NCBI GenBank assembly: GCA_963725665.1
Contig: CAVRZA010000006.1
Location: 192,001 to 256,000, forward strand
Source: an uncultured Actinomycetes bacterium
Lineage (GTDB): Bacteria; Actinomycetota; Thermoleophilia; UBA2241
Direction of reading: 5' to 3'
DNA length: 64,000 bases
Shown here: piece after piece, positions 59,716 to 64,000 of the stretch
Layout: every line of letters begins with the position of its first letter
Numbering within the stretch: the first letter of the stretch is position 1
Translations under genes and position numbers: made by a program
Notes under the pieces: generated by a model
The model's input: the letters and a program-made list of their open reading frames with translations, nothing else
Databases searched by the model: none
Told to the model about the DNA's origin: nothing

Positions 59716-61464
59716 TCACGAACGCGTGGCTGACAGTGGCAATGCGCGCGCTTCAGCTCGCGTCGCTTCCGTCGCCCAGGGCTCGAGCACCACGTCGCCG
59801 GCATGCGCTACAAGCTCGCGCAGATGCGGGCCCTCGTGAGCGCGGCGTGAGAGCAACACCGGGTCGGTCACTGCGAGCGGTATCAGGCTCTGATTCACGA
59901 CCCAGGCGAACGGCTGGATGCCGGCGCGGGCCAAGTCGCCCTCGAGCTGCATCGCCTCGTGGATCGGAGTGGCCTCCGGAAGGGTGACCAGGATGACGCT
60001 AGTGAACGTCGCGTCACGCAGGCGCGGCAACAGCTTCTGAACGGCCTCGGGGCTGCCACTGGCCTTGCGTAGCACCTCGCGATGATACGCCTCGGCCGCG
60101 TCGAGGAGCAGCAGGGTGTGGCCGGTCGGCGCCGTGTCGATGACGACGAACTGCTCGCTGCCTTGAGCGACGGTCTCGGCGAAGGCCCGGAAGACCGCTA
60201 TCTCCTCCGTGCATGGTGAGCGCAGATCCTCTTCGAGCAGTGCCAGGCCTTGGGCGTCAAGACCCGGGCCGACTGAGGCGAGCACTTCCTCGCGGTAGCG
60301 CCTCGTCTCAAGTGCCGGATCGATGCGTGTCACGCGAAGCGTCTCCGGCCTCTCGCCGACCGCTTCTTCGACGTGCGCCGCGGGATCGGTCGTCGTCAGC
60401 GTGACGCTGAAGCCTCGTCGAGCCACCTCGGTCGCTATGCGAGCTGCGACAGTCGTCTTGCCGACGCCGCCTTTGCCCATCGTCATGACGACGCCCTTGC
60501 GATGAGCAGCCAGCTTCTCCACGAGGTCGGCGAGGCTGTCGCCGTGGAAGCCGTTCGAGAAGACCGCATCGGCCACGGGAGCAGCAGGAGCGTCCTTGCC
60601 CATGTTCCTCAGCGCGTCGATGCCGACGAGGTCAAAGGGCAGGAGCGGCACCTCCACGCGGGCAAGTCCGCGAAGCTGCCAAGGCATGGCCGCGAGCGCT
60701 GCCTCGCCGCGAGCCTGCATCGAGAGTGCGGTCGCATCGCTCGGGTCGGCCGCCCGGAACACCCCGTTGACGATCAGCCGGACATTGACGATCCCGAGCT
60801 GGGCCAGTTCGTCCCGCGTGCGCTCAGCCTCGCGCAGCGAGGAGCGCTCCGGTCGCGCCACCAGGACGAGGGTCGTCCGCCTTGCGTCGCGCAGCGCGGC
60901 GTTGGTCGCGGCATACAGGTGCTTCTGCGCCTCCAGTCCGACGAGCGGACCCAGACACGACGTGCCGCCCACGTTCGTCTCGATGAAGTCGGACCAGGCC
61001 GCCGGCAGCTCCAGCAGGCGCAGAGTGTGCCCGGTGGGGGCGGCGTCGAAGACCACGTAGGCGAACGCCGCGGTCGCGGCCTCGTCTCCGAGCAGCTTGG
61101 AAAACTCGTCGAAGGCGGCGATCTCTACCGTGCAGGCTCCCGAGAGCTGTTCCTCGATGCTCGCCACCGCGGCCTCCGGCAGTACGCCGCGATAGGGGCC
61201 GACCACGCGCTCACGGTAGTCGCGGGCGGCCGCCTCGGGATCGATGTTGAGGGCCGACAATCGCGGGACCCGCGGAACCTGTCTCGGCGTCCCGGAGAGT
61301 CCGACGCCGAGCACCTCGTCGAGGTTCGACGCCGGGTCGGTGCTGACCAGGAGCACACGGCTGCCGACATCAGCGAGGTCGATGGCCGTGGCGCAAGCGA
61401 TCGACGTCTTGCCGGCGCCGCCTTTGCCGGTGAAGAACAGGATCGGCGTGGGACAGTCGATCAC
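59716..61464 (-). CDS. arsA: Arsenical pump-driving ATPase
   Basis: Two P-loops (GKGGAGKT, GKGGVGKT), D(A/T)APTGHT twice, and metalloid Cys in SGACT, SCLGP and RSPCT. Confidence 0.96.
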   Translation of the reverse strand: MIDCPTPILFFTGKGGAGKTSIACATAIDLADVGSRVLLVSTDPASNLDEVLGVGLSGTPRQVPRVPRLSALNIDPEAAARDYRERVVGPYRGVLPEAAVASIEEQLSGACTVEIAAFDEFSKLLGDEAATAAFAYVVFDAAPTGHTLRLLELPAAWSDFIETNVGGTSCLGPLVGLEAQKHLYAATNAALRDARRTTLVLVARPERSSLREAERTRDELAQLGIVNVRLIVNGVFRAADPSDATALSMQARGEAALAAMPWQLRGLARVEVPLLPFDLVGIDALRNMGKDAPAAPVADAVFSNGFHGDSLADLVEKLAAHRKGVVMTMGKGGVGKTTVAARIATEVARRGFSVTLTTTDPAAHVEEAVGERPETLRVTRIDPALETRRYREEVLASVGPGLDAQGLALLEEDLRSPCTEEIAVFRAFAETVAQGSEQFVVIDTAPTGHTLLLLDAAEAYHREVLRKASGSPEAVQKLLPRLRDATFTSVILVTLPEATPIHEAMQLEGDLARAGIQPFAWVVNQSLIPLAVTDPVLLSRRAHEGPHLRELVAHAGDVVLEPWATEATRAEARALPLSATRS

Positions 61465-61480
61465 GGTGTCTCCCCGCCCG

Positions 61481-62116
61481 TCAGCAGCATCCGCCGGCCT
61501 TCGCCTCTGGCTGTGCCCCGCCGCAACAAGAGCTGGCCGCAGTCGCCGACGCCTGCGGCGCTTCGGCCACGGCCTCGTCGGCGTCGCCTTCGGACTTCAG
61601 GTAGCGATCGGCGAGATTGAGGATCGACTGAGCCGGCGTGTCCTTGACTCCTCGAGCGGTCGTGACCGCACATGCCATGTCCTCGCGCGAGACGCCCAGC
61701 TTCCGCGCGGCGGCGTAGTGGAACTTGAAGCAGGGCTCGCAGTTGGAGGCGATTGCAGCACCGATGGCCACGAGCTCGGCGACCGCATCAGTGAAGAGAC
61801 TCGCGGCGGGTGCTCCGACGCCAGCCCAGACGGCGAGTTCGTCGCGCGTTGGGTAGATGCCGCGGCTCTTGACGTCGCCGTCGACCTGCACCAGTGGCAG
61901 CGCCGCTTCGCCGGCATCCTCGAGGGCGCCTTTCGCGGCCGCGTTCTCGGCGAACGCGCGCGGCTCCTGGGCGAGGTTGAAGCGCTCGACCGAGACCCCC
62001 TGGTTCTTCAGCCAGTCGAGGTCGGCGGCAAAGCGCACCAGCTGCGGGTCGACCGAAGGCCCGCAGACTCCCGTTGAGCAGCACATGGCAGGGTCGAACA
62101 CTTGCACGAGCGTCAC
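61481..62116 (-). CDS. arsD: Arsenic metallochaperone ArsD fused to a CMD/AhpD-like domain
   Basis: FDPAMCCSTGVCGP and ERFNLAQEP; then ELVAIGAAIASNCEPCFKFH..ARKLG; tail SCC..GCC. Confidence 0.9.
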   Translation of the reverse strand: MTLVQVFDPAMCCSTGVCGPSVDPQLVRFAADLDWLKNQGVSVERFNLAQEPRAFAENAAAKGALEDAGEAALPLVQVDGDVKSRGIYPTRDELAVWAGVGAPAASLFTDAVAELVAIGAAIASNCEPCFKFHYAAARKLGVSREDMACAVTTARGVKDTPAQSILNLADRYLKSEGDADEAVAEAPQASATAASSCCGGAQPEAKAGGCC

Positions 62117-62153
62117 GACGACCTCCTCGTCTTGATGGAGAGCAATTTATATA

Positions 62154-62190
62154 AAACTAGCTTGACCATAAACAGAAGTCAATGTAGCCT
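62154..62190. promoter_or_regulatory. Overlapping divergent promoters for arsD-arsA and acr3-arsR
   Basis: Plus strand TTGACC-17-TAGCCT (62162-62190); minus strand TTGACT-17-TAGTTT (62182-62154); AT-rich flank. Confidence 0.75.
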
Positions 62191-62238
62191 CAACGGTAGG
62201 GATTCTGACAGGCACGCGCTTCGAGGAGGAGTCACTCA

Positions 62239-63355
62239 ATGGCCGAAGGCACGATCAAACGACTCTCGTTCCTCGACCGGTACCTCACCGCCTGGATCTT
62301 CCTGGCGATGGCGATCGGCGTGCTTCTGGGCTGGGCTTTCCCGGGAGTGCCTGACTTCATCAACCAGTTCCAGGTCGGCACGACCAACATCCCCATCGCC
62401 ATCGGCCTGATCCTGATGATGTATCCGCCGCTGGCCAAGGTGAAGTACGAGGAGCTGGGCGACGTCTTTCGCAACTACAAGATGCTCGGCCTGTCGCTCG
62501 TGCAGAACTGGGTGATCGGCCCGATCCTGATGTTCGTCCTGGCCATCGTCTTCCTGCCCGACTACCCGGAGTACATGGTCGGGCTGATCATGATCGGCCT
62601 GGCGCGCTGCATCGCCATGGTGATCGTCTGGAACGAGCTGGCCCACGGCGACACCGAGTACGCCGCCGGCCTGGTGGCCTTCAACAGCGTCTTCCAGGTG
62701 CTCTTCTACAGCGTCTACGCCTGGGTCTTCATCACCGTGCTGCCGCCGCTGTTCGGCCTCCACGGCGTCGCCGTCGACGTCAGCATCGGGCAGATCGCCA
62801 AGAGCGTCTTCATCTACCTCGGCATCCCGTTCATCGCCGGCATGCTCACGCGCTATCTGCTGACTCAAATACAAGGGCCGCGAGTGGTACGAGCAGAAGT
62901 TCATCCCGCGCATCAGCCCGATCACCCTGATCGCGCTGCTGTTCACGATCGTCGTCATGTTCAGCCTCAAGGGCGAGCTCATCGTGCAGCTCCCCCTCGA
63001 CGTGGTGCGCATCGCCATCCCGCTGCTCATCTACTTCGTCGTCATGTTCCTCGTGAGCTTCTTGATGGGGCGCAAGATCGGCGCCGACTACTCGAAGACG
63101 GCCACGCTCTCGTTCACCGCCGCCAGCAACAACTTCGAACTGGCCATCGCCGTAGCCGTGGCCGTGTTCGGCATCAACTCGGGCGTCGCCTTCGCGGCCG
63201 TCATCGGGCCGCTGGTCGAGGTGCCGGTGATGATCGGACTGGTCAACGTGGCCCTGTGGATGGGCCGCAAGTATTGGGGCATGACCGACGCCTCCGTGCC
63301 GGCGGCGGTGGCCGCCGGCGTCGACGAGGTCGCCTGCGACCCACCGAGGAGCTGA
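62239..63355 (+). CDS. acr3: Arsenite efflux transporter Acr3 (frameshift near 62865)
   Basis: [27 protein letters not shown] /fs/ [21 protein letters not shown] and GPLVEVPV. Confidence 0.92.
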
Positions 63356-63356
63356 C

Positions 63357-63743
63357 ATGAAGATCGCGAAAGACCCCGCAGAAGCCGGCAGCATGGTCGA
63401 CTTCGTCCCATTCTTCAAGGCATTCTGCAACTCGACGCGCGCGCAGATCATCGAGTTCCTGCTCGGCGGCGAGCGCTGCGTCTGCGAGATGACCGGGCCG
63501 CTCGACCAGAGTCAGCCGCTGGTCTCGCACCACCTTGCCCTACTGCGCGAAGCAGGGCTAGTGCACATGCGCAACGAGGGCGCGCGGACCTACTATTCCA
63601 TCGACTGGAACCGCTTCGACGGCGATCTCAAGGGCTTCCTCGAGTACGTCGAACGCCTGCGCAGCGCTCCGCCGGACCTCGACAGGACCGAGAGCGCCTG
63701 CGCGACCGCCGCGAAGAAGCCGGCGCAGCGCAACGCCTCGTGA
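63357..63743 (+). CDS. arsR: ArsR-family metalloregulator
   Basis: [39 protein letters not shown]. Confidence 0.9.
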   Translation: MKIAKDPAEAGSMVDFVPFFKAFCNSTRAQIIEFLLGGERCVCEMTGPLDQSQPLVSHHLALLREAGLVHMRNEGARTYYSIDWNRFDGDLKGFLEYVERLRSAPPDLDRTESACATAAKKPAQRNAS

Positions 63744-63763
63744 CGCCAGGAGAAGGGCGCGCC

Positions 63764-64000
63764 ATGGACGACGAACGGATCCGCCGGCGCGAAGCCGGCG
63801 AGGAACTGCCCGCGGGACAGAGCTGCTGTCGTCCATCGCCGCAGCCTGGCGGCTCGTGTTGCAGTAGCGCTGTCGAGTCCGCACTCTCTGACCAGCGGAG
63901 TGCGTGTTGTGATGCATCAACGCAGGAGGCGGAGCCGGAGCGCCGGCAAGGTTTCTGTTGCGGCGCCCCGTCGGTCCCCCCCGCCGACTATCCCTATGGC
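63764..64000 (+). CDS. Partial ORF with four Cys-Cys pairs (possible HgcA or ArsM N-terminal extension)
   Basis: AGGAG RBS; open to the window end: MDDERIRRREAGEELPAGQSCCRPSPQPGGSCCSSAVESALSDQRSACCDASTQEAEPERRQGFCCGAPSVPPADYPYG. Confidence 0.6.
   Translation, partial: MDDERIRRREAGEELPAGQSCCRPSPQPGGSCCSSAVESALSDQRSACCDASTQEAEPERRQGFCCGAPSVPPADYPYG

Overview
High-GC window that looks actinobacterial (probably an anaerobic Thermoleophilia-like lineage; this is inferred from gene content and order). About 1-44 kb is core chromosome. It holds recO, prmC, prfA, thyX, rpmE and rho; an archaeal-type cyclic 2,3-diphosphoglycerate (cDPG) cluster (2-phosphoglycerate kinase, cDPG synthetase, metallophosphoesterase); lysA-hom-thrC-apgM; several corrinoid-related genes; a Pit transporter; an NlpC/P60 hydrolase behind a divergent c-di-AMP-like leader; a PilT-family ATPase; and a cyanobacterial-type ferredoxin-dependent glutamate synthase. 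A Moco/Wco-type riboswitch lies near the left end. About 44-64 kb is a decayed, mosaic integrative region. It holds an internally deleted tyrosine integrase, three orphan tRNA 3' halves (att relics), a complete IS110 element, a UGA-recoded DsbA-like selenoprotein with a SECIS-like hairpin, a double-cubane reductase/activase/DsrE module, and an extended arsenic locus (arsD-CMD fusion, arsA, acr3, arsR, accessory Fe-S and phosphoesterase genes). The window ends in a Cys-Cys-rich ORF that may be the N-terminus of HgcA or ArsM. Four genes carry single-base frameshifts, which are probably assembly errors. All family assignments come from recognising motifs by eye; no searches were run.
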